Origin: Candidatus Cloacimonadales bacterium
GTDB lineage: Bacteria > Cloacimonadota > Cloacimonadia > Cloacimonadales > JAIOQZ01
Assembly: GCA_963662655.2 (NCBI GenBank)
Contig: CAXXTU010000002.1
Coordinates: forward strand, 2,592,001 to 2,656,000
Direction of reading: 5' to 3'
Length of the DNA: 64,000 nt
The position numbers were made by a program, and so were the translations under genes. Below are positions 19,975-30,224 of the stretch, in pieces. The notes under the pieces are model-generated. The model was not told where the DNA came from. It ran no database searches and was given only the letters and a program-made list of their open reading frames with translations. The number at the start of each line of letters is the position of its first letter. Position 1 is the stretch's first letter.

Positions 19975-21417
19975 ATGAATCCAACTCTGTTTTCAGTTCC
20001 TGAGGCCAGAACAGACCTGCACAAAAGCATCCGGGATGCGATCGGGCGCAATTTCCGGCCTCTTGCATTCTATTCCGATGCCGACAGGAGCCTGATCTGC
20101 CTGATGGGCAACGACGACACCCACCAGCTCGATCTGTTGCGGTTCGTAGCGCCTGAAGGCGGTTCCTATCCCAGCCTGACCGGGCTTTCGAGCGAATTTC
20201 ACATGTACGAACGAGAGCTTTGGGAAGAGACCGGGCTGGTGCCGCAATCGCATCCCTGGCTGAAACCGGTTCGCTATCCGCACAACCGTCCCGAACTGGT
20301 TCTTAAAGATCATCCGTTCCTTGCCGCAGCATCCGAATCGATGCACGAAGTGGCAGTCGGCCCCGTGCATGCAGGAGTGATCGAACCCGGTCAATTCCGC
20401 TTCCTCTGCGAGGGCGAGGACGTCCATCATCTGGAGATTCAGCTCGGCTATCAGCATCGCGGGATACGCAAGCTCCTCGAGACCGGCGACATCCGCGGAA
20501 AGATACATCTGGCGGAAGCCATCGCAGGCGATACCGCGATCGGTCATGGGATTGCCTATTGTCGGGCGATTGAAGCGCTTTGCGGTGCGGATGTTCCGGA
20601 TGCGGTTCATCGCGTTCGAGCCATCGCGCTGGAGATGGAACGCGCAGCCATGCACCTCGCCGATCTCTCCGCTTTGGCGGGAGACATCGCTTACCTCACC
20701 GGATTGAACTACTTCGCAGCCGTACGCACCAAGGTGATCAACCTTTCCCTGCACGTCTGCGGTAGTCGCTTCGGCAAACGCTGGCTCTGCCCCGGGGGTG
20801 TTAACTACGGCATCAGCAGTGAGAAAAATCGCTACATGATCACCACGCTTTCAACGATCCGCGAGGACATCCGGATCATGGGAACGGCGATGTTCAACGA
20901 TTCCGGCGTGCTCTCGCGATTCGATGGTACCGGGCATGTGGATGCCGCGTCGATCCGCGATCTGCATTTCGTAGGCATGGCAGCGCGTAGCGGCGGCGTA
21001 CTTCGCGATGGACGCAAGGCGTATCCGTTCGCGCCGTACGAGCTATTCCCTGATTCCATCGTGCTTCCGCAGGGCGACGTCTTCGCACGGGCCTTCCTGC
21101 GCTATAAAGAGAGCCTGCAATCCATCGATTTCTGCCTGAAACTGCTCTCCGATCTGCCCGAAACACCAGCCTGTACACCGAAGCTTCCCGAGCCGGAACG
21201 CGATGTTATCGCAGCATCGATCGTCGAGGGATGGCGCGGCGAGATCGTGCATTTGATACGCACCGATGAGAACGGTGCGACCCTGTCGTACCGGATATAC
21301 GATCCCTCCTTCCACAATTGGATGGCGCTTGCGCTTGCCGTGAGGAACAACGGAATATCGGATTTCCCCGTTTGCAATAAAAGCTTTAACCTCTCATACT
21401 GCGGAAACGACCTGTGA
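19975..21417 (+). CDS. Ehr large subunit (NuoC/NuoD-like, HycE-like), without Ni-binding CxxC motifs
   Basis: YERELWE, VGPVHAGVIEPGQFRF, LGYQHRG and EGWRGE; the L1 site reads AEAIAGDT and the C-terminus reads DFPVCNKSFNLSYCGNDL. Confidence 0.88.
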   Translation: MNPTLFSVPEARTDLHKSIRDAIGRNFRPLAFYSDADRSLICLMGNDDTHQLDLLRFVAPEGGSYPSLTGLSSEFHMYERELWEETGLVPQSHPWLKPVRYPHNRPELVLKDHPFLAAASESMHEVAVGPVHAGVIEPGQFRFLCEGEDVHHLEIQLGYQHRGIRKLLETGDIRGKIHLAEAIAGDTAIGHGIAYCRAIEALCGADVPDAVHRVRAIALEMERAAMHLADLSALAGDIAYLTGLNYFAAVRTKVINLSLHVCGSRFGKRWLCPGGVNYGISSEKNRYMITTLSTIREDIRIMGTAMFNDSGVLSRFDGTGHVDAASIRDLHFVGMAARSGGVLRDGRKAYPFAPYELFPDSIVLPQGDVFARAFLRYKESLQSIDFCLKLLSDLPETPACTPKLPEPERDVIAASIVEGWRGEIVHLIRTDENGATLSYRIYDPSFHNWMALALAVRNNGISDFPVCNKSFNLSYCGNDL

Positions 21418-21433
21418 TGCGGGAGGAGAACAG

Positions 21434-22216
21434 ATGACACATAAACCGATTACGGGATTGACGATGATCGACCTGCTCAAGGCGCGAATCCGCCACGGCG
21501 ATCAGGCGATCCCCGATCCGCTTAAAACGAAGACGGACCCGGCGTTTCCGGGATTGCCGTCCTTCCGTAAACAAGACGATGAAAGCTGGGACCGGGCACG
21601 TAAAAGCTGCCCAACGGGTGCGATCGGCGAGAACACGCTCGATCTGGGGCGCTGTGTATTCTGCGGCGTCTGTCAGCGTAACTTCCCGGAGACTTTTGTT
21701 TTCTCCAACTCATTCAAGATGGGAGCCTCCCGGCGTGAAACGCTGATCCTGGACGGCACCCTGACCCCGGACGCCTACGTCGCGTCCTCCATCGCGACCA
21801 CACCCGATATCCGTCGACTGTTCGGTCGATCGTTCAAGCTACGCTCCGTTTCCGCGGGTGGTTGCGCTGCCTGCGAGCTCGAGTTGAACGCCTCCACCAA
21901 CGTGAACTTTGATATCAATCGATACGGGATCGACATCGTGGCATCCCCCCGTCACGCCGACGCGGTGGTGGTCACTGGACCGATCACGCAGAACATGGCG
22001 TACGCGCTGGAAGAGACCTGGAAGGCGGTTCCCGCACCGAAGATTCTCATTCTGGCGGGTGCTTGCGCCATCAGCGGTGGGCTTTTCGCCGACGCGCCGG
22101 CGCTGCAACGCGGATTTCTGGACAAGGTCGAGGCAATCCTGTATCTTCCAGGGTGCCCGGTTCATCCGCTGACCATCGTGCACGGCATCACAGCGCTGAT
22201 CGGGAGGAAGAAATGA
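21434..22216 (+). CDS. Ehr small subunit (NuoB/HycG-like) with an N-terminal ferredoxin-like domain
   Basis: Motifs GGCAACELE, ASPRHAD, GACAISGG and PGCPVHP; N-terminal CPTGAI and CVFCGVC. Confidence 0.9.
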   Translation: MTHKPITGLTMIDLLKARIRHGDQAIPDPLKTKTDPAFPGLPSFRKQDDESWDRARKSCPTGAIGENTLDLGRCVFCGVCQRNFPETFVFSNSFKMGASRRETLILDGTLTPDAYVASSIATTPDIRRLFGRSFKLRSVSAGGCAACELELNASTNVNFDINRYGIDIVASPRHADAVVVTGPITQNMAYALEETWKAVPAPKILILAGACAISGGLFADAPALQRGFLDKVEAILYLPGCPVHPLTIVHGITALIGRKK

Positions 22217-24150
22217 CCCCGCAAACAACGTTCCTGATCGGCATCGCCCTTATGATGCTATCGCTTCCCGTTTCCATGCTCGGCTGGCGTAAAATCTTCA
22301 CGTTACTCACCATGCTCGGTGCCGGATTTCTCGGCACGATCGCCATTCTCTGGCATCCTGCGGGAAATACGGTGCTCTCGCTCGTCTCTTTCCAACTGGG
22401 TGTTTTCACTGTCGAATTGGGACTGACCTGGCTCTCGTCCATCTTCCTGATCCTTCTCTCCGTCGGCTGCATACTCGGGGTCGCGCACGGTTACGCGTAT
22501 CTGAAAGATCATGACCAGCGCGGCTTGCGTTCCCACGGCTTCTTTCTGGGATTGCTCGTCTTGAGCCTGCACCTGACCGTTTTCGCGCGCGACGCGCTGA
22601 TGCTCTTCTTCGCCTGGGAGCTGATGGGCTTCTCATCCTTCTTCGCGATTCTGGTCGAGCGCGACGAGCCGACCTGGAAGGCAGCGAAATACTACCTGAT
22701 CTTCATGCAAGCCGGCGCGGCAGTACTTCTGACAGGTATCGCCCTTGCATACTCGAACACCGGAAGCCTCCGTTTTGACGATTGGTCCGGTCTTCCCGTC
22801 ATGACCGCGTTCGTGCTCATGATCGGATTTGCCTTCAAGGCTGGATTCTTCCCATTCCATTCGTGGCTGCCGGTCGCGCATCCGATGGCGCCTGGCCATG
22901 TCTCGGGCATGATGTCCGGTTTGCTGACCAAGACCGGTATCTATGGTATTCTATTGATTCTGGTGTGCTTCGAGCCGCCGATAGCGGGGCTCTACGTCTT
23001 CGGCGCCGTCGCGTTGATCACCGCTCTCACGGGTGTCTTTCACGCGCTGGCGGAGACCGATATCAAGCGCATCCTGGCGTGGTCGAGCATCGAGAATATC
23101 GGCATCATCGGGCTGGGGATCGTTTTCGCCTGGCTCGGCAAAAAGCTCGAAGTCCCCGCAATCACAATGTTCGGTATCCTGGGCGCGCTGCTGCACAGCA
23201 TCAACCACTCTCTGTTCAAGCCGATGCTGTTCTACCTCTCCGGTAACGTCCAGCACCAGGCGCACGAGCGCGACATAAACCGGCTGGGAGGGTTGCAGAA
23301 GCGAATGCCCGTCACCGGCTACCTCTTTTTCGCGGGATCCATGGCGATAGCGGGTCTGCCGCTCATGAACGGTTTCGTTTCCGAGTTCCTCGTGTTCCTG
23401 ACCATTCTCAAGGGATTCCGGGTATTCAGTGTGGGATTCAATATCGCGGCCATCGTCGGTCTTGCCGGTCTCGCCTACGTCGCATCGATCGCGCTGTTTG
23501 CATTCGCGAGAATGTACGGACTGGCCTTCCTGGGCGAGCCGCGCACGGAAAAGGCGGCACATGCAAAGGAAACGAAGCGCGGATTGTGGACCGTGCCGTC
23601 CATCCTGGCGGGACTCTGCCTTGTCGGTGGCATAACAGGCGACTATATGCTGTCCTGGCTTCACGGCTTTCTTCCCGATTCCATGCTGGCGCCCGACGCC
23701 GAGTTCATCTCGCTCCTGGAACGCTTCCAGCCCTTCCGGCTGGTTCTGGTGATCACACTCGGGCTGTTCCTCGCGCTGTTCCTCTGGCGTCGCAGAAAGG
23801 TTCGATTCGCGAGAAATGCGACCTGGGGCTGCGGCTACGAGAAGCCGTCCGCGAAGATGCAGTACACCGGCGCTTCGTTCGTCCATCCGGTGGAGCCGAT
23901 CATGAACATGTTCACCGGAAAGCATCGCGAACTCGATTTCGACAGCAGCCATTTCCCGACCCGGCTATCGTTCGTTCGCGAAGCCAAAGACCGGGTGCAG
24001 AAACGCCTGATCGCGCCGATCGTCCAGTCGGTGCATCGCTTCCTGGACCTCTTCGCCGGCGTGCAGAGCGGCAAAACGCAGGTTTACATCACCTACGGAC
24101 TGGTCTTTCTGGTGGCGGCGCTTATCTGGGTAATCGTGGGGGAATCATGA
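22213..24150 (+). CDS. Proton-conducting antiporter-like membrane subunit (HyfB-like)
   Basis: Motifs AWELMG, FPFHSWLPVAHP, LAWSSIENIG, NHSLFK and TWGCGY; start moved to the ATG at 22213 (ATGA overlap). Confidence 0.9.
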   Translation: MTPQTTFLIGIALMMLSLPVSMLGWRKIFTLLTMLGAGFLGTIAILWHPAGNTVLSLVSFQLGVFTVELGLTWLSSIFLILLSVGCILGVAHGYAYLKDHDQRGLRSHGFFLGLLVLSLHLTVFARDALMLFFAWELMGFSSFFAILVERDEPTWKAAKYYLIFMQAGAAVLLTGIALAYSNTGSLRFDDWSGLPVMTAFVLMIGFAFKAGFFPFHSWLPVAHPMAPGHVSGMMSGLLTKTGIYGILLILVCFEPPIAGLYVFGAVALITALTGVFHALAETDIKRILAWSSIENIGIIGLGIVFAWLGKKLEVPAITMFGILGALLHSINHSLFKPMLFYLSGNVQHQAHERDINRLGGLQKRMPVTGYLFFAGSMAIAGLPLMNGFVSEFLVFLTILKGFRVFSVGFNIAAIVGLAGLAYVASIALFAFARMYGLAFLGEPRTEKAAHAKETKRGLWTVPSILAGLCLVGGITGDYMLSWLHGFLPDSMLAPDAEFISLLERFQPFRLVLVITLGLFLALFLWRRRKVRFARNATWGCGYEKPSAKMQYTGASFVHPVEPIMNMFTGKHRELDFDSSHFPTRLSFVREAKDRVQKRLIAPIVQSVHRFLDLFAGVQSGKTQVYITYGLVFLVAALIWVIVGES

Positions 24151-25064
24151 TCGTGAACATCCTTTTCATTCTGTTGATGCCCTTTCTATTCGTGGGTATC
24201 GTGAACAAGACCAAGGCGGTCTGGGCGGGGCGTCGCGGTGCGCCGGTATGGCAGCCGTACGCCGATTTCTTTCGCCTGATCCGCAAGCACGAAGTAATCA
24301 GCCACACCACGAGTTTCATTTTCGATATTTCGGGTGCGTTGTCCCTCGCAGCGATCATCGCCGCAGCGCTGCTGATCCCGTTCGGACAATACAAGGCCCT
24401 GATCAGCTTCCAGGGCGACTTCGTCCTCTTTCTCTATCTTATGGGACTCGCCAAGTTCGTGGCGGTGCTGGCAGCACTGGACACAGGTTCGGCGTTCGAG
24501 GGAATGGGCGCGAGCCGCGAGATGTCGTTCACCACATTCCTGGAACCCGCATTCTTTCTGGTCATCGCGTCGCTGATATACGTTTCCGGCGCGGGAACGC
24601 TGAGCGAACTGATCTCCATGCACACGGTCAGGCTTTCCAGCCAGTGGTCGCTGATGATCTCCGCGCTCACGGTGATCGCGCTGTTCATTATGCTGCTGGT
24701 GGAAGGCTCGCGGGTACCTTTCGACGATCCCACAACGCATCTGGAACTCACCATGGTACACGAGGTGATGGTGCTGGATCATTCCGGACCGAACTTCGGC
24801 TTCGTGCAGTATGCCAATGCACTGAAGATGACGCTTTTCGCCTCGCTGATCGCCTACTTCCTCATTCCCTGGGGACTGGGTGTCGCAGCGGTGACTGCGC
24901 TTTACGTAGGCATCATGGTGTTGCAGGCGATATTCCTGGGATTGGTGGAATCGATCCTGCCGCGCGTGCGCATGACGCGCAATCCCGAGCTGGTATTCAT
25001 TCCGCTCTCGGTAGCGCTGCTGGCTCTTACCGCGCTGATCGTGCTCGGACTCGGAGGTGCATGA
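24147..25064 (+). CDS. NuoH/HyfC/HycD-like membrane subunit
   Basis: Motifs GRRGAPVWQPYAD, GMGASRE and RVPFDDPTTHLELTMVHE; ATGA overlap at 24147. Confidence 0.9.
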   Translation: MIVNILFILLMPFLFVGIVNKTKAVWAGRRGAPVWQPYADFFRLIRKHEVISHTTSFIFDISGALSLAAIIAAALLIPFGQYKALISFQGDFVLFLYLMGLAKFVAVLAALDTGSAFEGMGASREMSFTTFLEPAFFLVIASLIYVSGAGTLSELISMHTVRLSSQWSLMISALTVIALFIMLLVEGSRVPFDDPTTHLELTMVHEVMVLDHSGPNFGFVQYANALKMTLFASLIAYFLIPWGLGVAAVTALYVGIMVLQAIFLGLVESILPRVRMTRNPELVFIPLSVALLALTALIVLGLGGA

Positions 25065-25699
25065 TGACAGACGTTCTGGTAATCCTTTTCGGCGTTAGCC
25101 TGCTGGCTGCGTCTACTACCAACATGCTCGGTAAGCTCATCCGCATCCTGGCGGTGCAGGGCGTGATCCTTTTCCTCTTGACCATGAGCAATATCACGGA
25201 ATTCAACTGGGTGCAACTGGCATTCGTGGCGCTGGAGACACTGGTTTTCAAGGCGGTTCTGATCCCGTACCTGCTGTCGGACATGATTCGCCGCAACAAT
25301 ATCGTGCGGGAGGTGGAGCCGAAGGTTTCCAACTTCTTCTCGCTTTTCACGATGACACTGATCTTCGCTTTCGGTTTCCTGATGGGACTGTGGTCGGGCA
25401 AGAATTCGCCCAATGTCCACCCGCTGCTCTTCGGTATCGCCTTCTCGTCGATCCTGAAGGGGCTCTTCATCATCATCACCAATAAAAAACTGATCACCCA
25501 CCTGATGGGCTATCTGATTCTCGAAAACGGCATTTTCCTGCTCTCGCTGGCCGCCTCGCGCGAGATGCCCTATATCGTCAGCCTGGGTGTTTCGCTGGAC
25601 ATCCTGCTCTCCATTCTGGTAGCGGGACTCTTTATCAATAAAATCAAATCCACTTTCGACGAAGAAGACATCGACACCCTGTCGGATCTGAAGGACTGA
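25061..25699 (+). CDS. HyfE-like membrane subunit
   Basis: Hydrophobic; motifs LVFKAVLIP, GYLILENGIFL and GVSLD; ATGA overlap at 25061. Confidence 0.88.
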   Translation: MMTDVLVILFGVSLLAASTTNMLGKLIRILAVQGVILFLLTMSNITEFNWVQLAFVALETLVFKAVLIPYLLSDMIRRNNIVREVEPKVSNFFSLFTMTLIFAFGFLMGLWSGKNSPNVHPLLFGIAFSSILKGLFIIITNKKLITHLMGYLILENGIFLLSLAASREMPYIVSLGVSLDILLSILVAGLFINKIKSTFDEEDIDTLSDLKD

Positions 25700-25701
25700 C
25701 C

Positions 25702-27105
25702 ATGCCCATCATCCTGATCATACCCGTTCTGTTCACCATCATCGCATGGTGGATGCGAAAGCCGATGCTGAACAACACCCTGATGATCCTGCACGCGCTG
25801 ATTCATATCGCGATGGTTCCGGTTTTATATTTCATGCCGGATTTTCCCTGGCCTATCCGTTATTTCACGATCGATGCGCTTGGAATCTTCTTCTATCTGA
25901 TCCTCTCCGTGCTCTATCTTGCGACAGCCCTGTACGGAGTCGGATTCCTGAAACATCCGGGACGGTCGCACCATACCTTGACGGCTACCAGTACCATGAT
26001 GTTCGTATTCTCCATGGACGGCGCGTTTTTCGCCGACAACCTGGGTTTGCTCTGGGTTTTCATCGAGACTACCACCCTGGCTTCGGCGCTGCTGATCAAC
26101 TACGATCAGACACGTCACTCGCTGGAAGCGTCGTGGAAATACATCTTCATCTGCTCGATCGGTATCGCTCTCGCTTTCGTGGGTATCCTGCTTCTTTTCG
26201 TCGCCATGCCGCCGGAGTCGTCCCTGACATTCGCGTGGCTGGTGGAGCACGCTGGCGAGCTTTCGCCCTTCTGGCTCAAGATATCCTTCGTATTCCTGCT
26301 CATCGGATTTGGCACCAAGCTGGGACTCGCGCCTGTTCACGCCTGGCTTCCCGACGCTCATTCTGAAGCGCCGGCTCCGGTTTCGGCGCTGCTCTCGGGT
26401 GCGCTGTTGAACACCGCACTGGTTCCGATCCTGCGCACGATGCCCGTGATGCAGGCGGCTGAGCTTCTGCCGATGGCGCGTAACCTTTTACTCCTCATGG
26501 GACTGCTCTCGGTATTCATCGCGGCGGTATTCATCGTGCGTATCCACAACTACAAGCGTATCCTGGCGTATTCCTCGATCGAAAACATGGGTATTGTCGC
26601 CATCGCGCTCGGGGTGGGCGGAATGGCGCTCAACGCGATGTTTATCCACCTGCTGGGCCATTCGATGATCAAGGGCGCATTCTTCCTGATCACCGGCAAT
26701 GTGCTCAGGCTGTACGGTTCGAAGGATTATCGAGAGGTCAAAGGTCTACTGGAGCGTGATAGCAGAACCGGGTGGCTGTGGCTTGCCGCGTTTCTGCTTC
26801 TTTCAGCACTACCGCCGTCGCCGCTGTTCTTCAGCGAATTCCAGCTCGCGCTGGGGATGGTCGGATCCGGGCTTGTCTGGCAACTGGCTTTGCTGCTTGT
26901 ACTGCTGACCGTCGTGGTCTACGGCATGGCTCGCGTAAGCATGAGCATGACCATGGGGCGCGACAATGCGGAAAGGAAGATAACGCTTCCGGTTTACCAG
27001 TGGATCATACCCGCGCTATTGCTCACGGCAGGGATCGCCGCGCTGTTCATGCCCGGCTTCCTGCGCAACCTGATCGAGCAATCGGTAAAGATGATTGGCG
27101 GATAA
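25702..27105 (+). CDS. Proton-conducting antiporter-like membrane subunit (HyfF-like)
   Basis: Motifs SLEASWKYIFICSIG, GFGTKLGLAPVHAWLPDAHSEAP and KRILAYSSIENMG. Confidence 0.9.
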   Translation: MPIILIIPVLFTIIAWWMRKPMLNNTLMILHALIHIAMVPVLYFMPDFPWPIRYFTIDALGIFFYLILSVLYLATALYGVGFLKHPGRSHHTLTATSTMMFVFSMDGAFFADNLGLLWVFIETTTLASALLINYDQTRHSLEASWKYIFICSIGIALAFVGILLLFVAMPPESSLTFAWLVEHAGELSPFWLKISFVFLLIGFGTKLGLAPVHAWLPDAHSEAPAPVSALLSGALLNTALVPILRTMPVMQAAELLPMARNLLLLMGLLSVFIAAVFIVRIHNYKRILAYSSIENMGIVAIALGVGGMALNAMFIHLLGHSMIKGAFFLITGNVLRLYGSKDYREVKGLLERDSRTGWLWLAAFLLLSALPPSPLFFSEFQLALGMVGSGLVWQLALLLVLLTVVVYGMARVSMSMTMGRDNAERKITLPVYQWIIPALLLTAGIAALFMPGFLRNLIEQSVKMIGG

Positions 27106-27210
27106 GGTTCGTTTGTTACCCCGTGGGCGAGAGTGAACCCGTTTTTCGGTAGTTATCGTGAAGGGGCTGCCTCCGGCGGAAGGCCTTTGGCGATTCTGTT
27201 TGCCGTTCTC

Positions 27211-27332
27211 GGCATCTTCGCCCGATCGCACCTCCAACGTGGATATAACACGATTCCGTTGGGAGAAAAGGAACAACTCCATCGTGTAACACCACGTCTC
27301 CGTTGGCGATCAAGCGAATCTACTCTCGAACT
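27211..27332 (-). repeat. Dispersed hairpin element, family H copy B
   Basis: ggcatcttcgcccgatc...cgtggatataacacg (27238-27252)...cgtgtaacaccacg (27283-27296)...gatcaagcgaatct. Confidence 0.8.
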
Positions 27333-27394
27333 ACCTCCGGCGCTAAAGACGCCCCGGCAAGTCGAAGCAACCGGGTCATCACCAAAGCATACGG

Positions 27395-27431
27395 AAAGAA
27401 AAAGCTGAAGATGCGCAGGCATCTTCAGCTT
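27395..27431 (-). terminator. Terminator of the FG-GAP gene
   Basis: 13-bp stem aagctgaagatgc-gcag-gcatcttcagctt with an A-rich tract on the left. Confidence 0.75.
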
Positions 27432-27451
27432 CAAGAAAAATTGCGATTAAC

Positions 27452-30016
27452 CTATTTCAGCAGAAGCATCTTTCTCTCGAACGTCTTCTGCTTTGTCTCC
27501 ATCCGGTAGAGATAAACTCCGCTCGAGCATTTCTTGCCGCTATCGTCTTCGCCATACCATACGACGGTGTAATCACCGGCGATTTTCTCTTCATCCACAA
27601 GCGTCCGAACCAACTGGCCCCTTAGATTGTAGACCTTGATCCCCACATGCGAATCGTCCCCGATCGTAAACATAATCGACGTACTGGGATTGAACGGATT
27701 GGGGTAATTCTGCCCGATCATCGTTGAAATGAGCGGTGGCGTTTCCTCTTCTTCCGGTTCTCCACCGTTGATAGTCACGGATGTTGGACCGAACAACGAA
27801 GACGAGCCGTTCATCTCGATTGCTTCCAGCCAGTAATTGTATGTGGCTTCTTCCTCGATCTCTGGATCTTTGAAGTAGTAGGTGTGCTCGTTCGAGCCGT
27901 TGATCGCCGCGATGAGATTGGCGTTGATCATCATCGCGTCGCCGAGGACACACGTCTCGCTCTTGAGGATGCGGTAACCGAGCAGGTCTTGCTCCGACTG
28001 CGTGGTCCATGTGATCAATACCGATTCCCCGGCTGTGAACACGGCGCTGAAACCGGACATTTCGACCGGCAGTGTAGAGCCTTCGCCTTTGTTCATGACG
28101 AAATGTTCACCACCGTCGCGCAGCGGAGTATCGAACGTCCACGTGAAGGTAGCGGTCTGACCGACGCCATCCCATACAACATCCGTGACGGTCTCCCAAG
28201 TGCCGCCGTTGTTCCATACCAGCTCGTCGGGCGTGAAAGGCAGGCCGTCGAAGTGCAGCACAATCTCGACCGGCTGATCCGTACCCGAGAGTGTCACCTG
28301 ATACGTCAGACTGGCGTTGATGGGTAAGGTAACATCGCCGTTGCCGATGAGAACCTCGATATCCACCGTGATCGTCGTCCCCGGAACGCTGGGATCGATG
28401 TCCACGTCAGGATCGACAACCACAGCTCCGTTTCCGTCGTAGTCATACGGTTCGAGCGGGATGACCGGTATGGGCAGCGGATCGTTGTCGGGTGGGGTTC
28501 CGCTTGCCCCTCCATTGCCGGGATCGCCGGTAACGGTTATCGTGAACGGTTGCGTATTGTAGCCGCCATAGCCGTCTGTCACGCTCAGTTCCACCTGATT
28601 CGCCCCGAGATATTCGTACCCTGGAGTACCGATCAACTGCGCGGTGCCGTTGCCGTAATCGGTGAACGACAGCCAGGCCGGACGCGTCGGAGCCGCAATA
28701 ACAATGCCTCCGATGTTGTTGCCATCGTCTGTAGTCGTGATGTTATAGACATACTCCAACTCGGCGTTGACAGAAGTAGAAGGAGTAGAAGTGAACGTAG
28801 GCGTCGTGTTGCCCGGCTCAAAGATGTATGCAGCGCCCGAAGTCACACCAAGATCGTCGCAATAGGGGACACCGATCAGAATACTCGTTCCGTCAATGCT
28901 GATCGCTCGACCGAAGTTGTCATTCGGGAGTCCATCGTCGGCGGTTAGTTTCTGCATTTGATTCCAGGTTGATCCCGACCGCTGGAAGATATATACCGAG
29001 CCTTCGTCATCGGTGATCGGATCGGCCTGATGAGCCGTGATAGCCGCGATATCGCCGGAGAGTGACACGGCGTATCCGAAGTAATCGCTCGCCATCCCGT
29101 CACCCGCATACAGCTTCTGTTGCAGGCTCCATCCGCTGTCCCAGTGATACAAGTAAGCCGCCCCCTCGTCGCTGGTGGCGACATCGGAATGATAACACCC
29201 GATCAGGCAGTAATCTCCGGATAGGGAGACCGATCGACCATAGTAATCCTGGTCTGTCGCATCGTAAGCCGTAAGCTTCTGATTTTGCGGCCAGTTTGTA
29301 CCGCTTCGGTGGTAAATATAGGCCGAACCGGAGCTGGACCCTGCGTCGTCGTTACCATCAGCGCCCACGACAAGCCGGTCGCCGCTGATCGAGACCGAGT
29401 GACCGAACATGTCGGATAAATCTCCGTCGCTTGCAGTTACCTTTGCCTGTTGCGTCCATGTTCCTCCGCTTCGATAGAAGATGTACGCCGAGCCGGATCC
29501 GCTTCCCATGTCGTCGTCGCCGTACGCACCGATGGCGATATAATCACCGGAGATCGACACAGAGTAACCGAAATAGTCGTTCGCCTCCGGGTCGCCGGCC
29601 GTCAGTTTCTGTTGCTGCGTCCAGACGCTCCCGCTCCTGTGGAAAACATAGGCAGCGCCTTCGTCATCCGAGGGGTAGTTCACTCCATACGCGCCAATGA
29701 CGACATCGTCCCCGTAAATTGCTACGGACTCTCCGAAATAATCGTTTATGGCTGCATCCGATGCGGTCAGCTTCTGCTGAATGGACCAGGTACCACCCGA
29801 TTTATAGTAGATATACACCGCGCCCTCATCGCCAGAAGGGAAATGGGATCGCGGGGAACCCACGACAGCGTAGTTGCCGCAAATTGCGACGCTCTTGCCG
29901 AAATTGTCGCTGCCGGCGCCATCGTAGGCAATGAGCTTGTCGATTTGCTCCCAACTTGCGAAAAGATTTAACGAAGCGATAAAGATAAAAAGAAGTGTCA
30001 GCCAGAGCTTTTTCAT
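27452..30016 (-). CDS. Secreted FG-GAP beta-propeller protein with He_PIG-like domain and CTD
   Basis: Seven repeats of the form KLTAxDxxxxDxFGxSVSISGD; PAWLSF Ig-like module; LPVEMSGF module; NYPNPFNP CTD; start MKKLWL after a GGAGG RBS. Confidence 0.88.
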   Translation of the reverse strand: MKKLWLTLLFIFIASLNLFASWEQIDKLIAYDGAGSDNFGKSVAICGNYAVVGSPRSHFPSGDEGAVYIYYKSGGTWSIQQKLTASDAAINDYFGESVAIYGDDVVIGAYGVNYPSDDEGAAYVFHRSGSVWTQQQKLTAGDPEANDYFGYSVSISGDYIAIGAYGDDDMGSGSGSAYIFYRSGGTWTQQAKVTASDGDLSDMFGHSVSISGDRLVVGADGNDDAGSSSGSAYIYHRSGTNWPQNQKLTAYDATDQDYYGRSVSLSGDYCLIGCYHSDVATSDEGAAYLYHWDSGWSLQQKLYAGDGMASDYFGYAVSLSGDIAAITAHQADPITDDEGSVYIFQRSGSTWNQMQKLTADDGLPNDNFGRAISIDGTSILIGVPYCDDLGVTSGAAYIFEPGNTTPTFTSTPSTSVNAELEYVYNITTTDDGNNIGGIVIAAPTRPAWLSFTDYGNGTAQLIGTPGYEYLGANQVELSVTDGYGGYNTQPFTITVTGDPGNGGASGTPPDNDPLPIPVIPLEPYDYDGNGAVVVDPDVDIDPSVPGTTITVDIEVLIGNGDVTLPINASLTYQVTLSGTDQPVEIVLHFDGLPFTPDELVWNNGGTWETVTDVVWDGVGQTATFTWTFDTPLRDGGEHFVMNKGEGSTLPVEMSGFSAVFTAGESVLITWTTQSEQDLLGYRILKSETCVLGDAMMINANLIAAINGSNEHTYYFKDPEIEEEATYNYWLEAIEMNGSSSLFGPTSVTINGGEPEEEETPPLISTMIGQNYPNPFNPSTSIMFTIGDDSHVGIKVYNLRGQLVRTLVDEEKIAGDYTVVWYGEDDSGKKCSSGVYLYRMETKQKTFERKMLLLK

Positions 30017-30224
30017 TTCAGAACCTCCCATCTTTGTTGAGTGAGTTATCCAGGCAATTGCAAAACTGAATACGATTCTGAATATATTACTATCTTACTG
30101 CAAGAATAAAGTTTGTGTTTGCTGAGTGGAGTTGGTTGATTATCGTATAGGAGTGTTATTATCACGTATTTCCATTAATAAAAATCGTATTCCTGCCCTT
30201 TCTTTCTGCAAACCGCGAATAAGT

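Noticed and set aside
22063..25060. N-terminal extensions of the Ehr membrane ORFs given in the ORF track
   Set aside because: The extensions overlap upstream genes and look non-coding; ATGA-coupled starts at 22213, 24147 and 25061 fit better.
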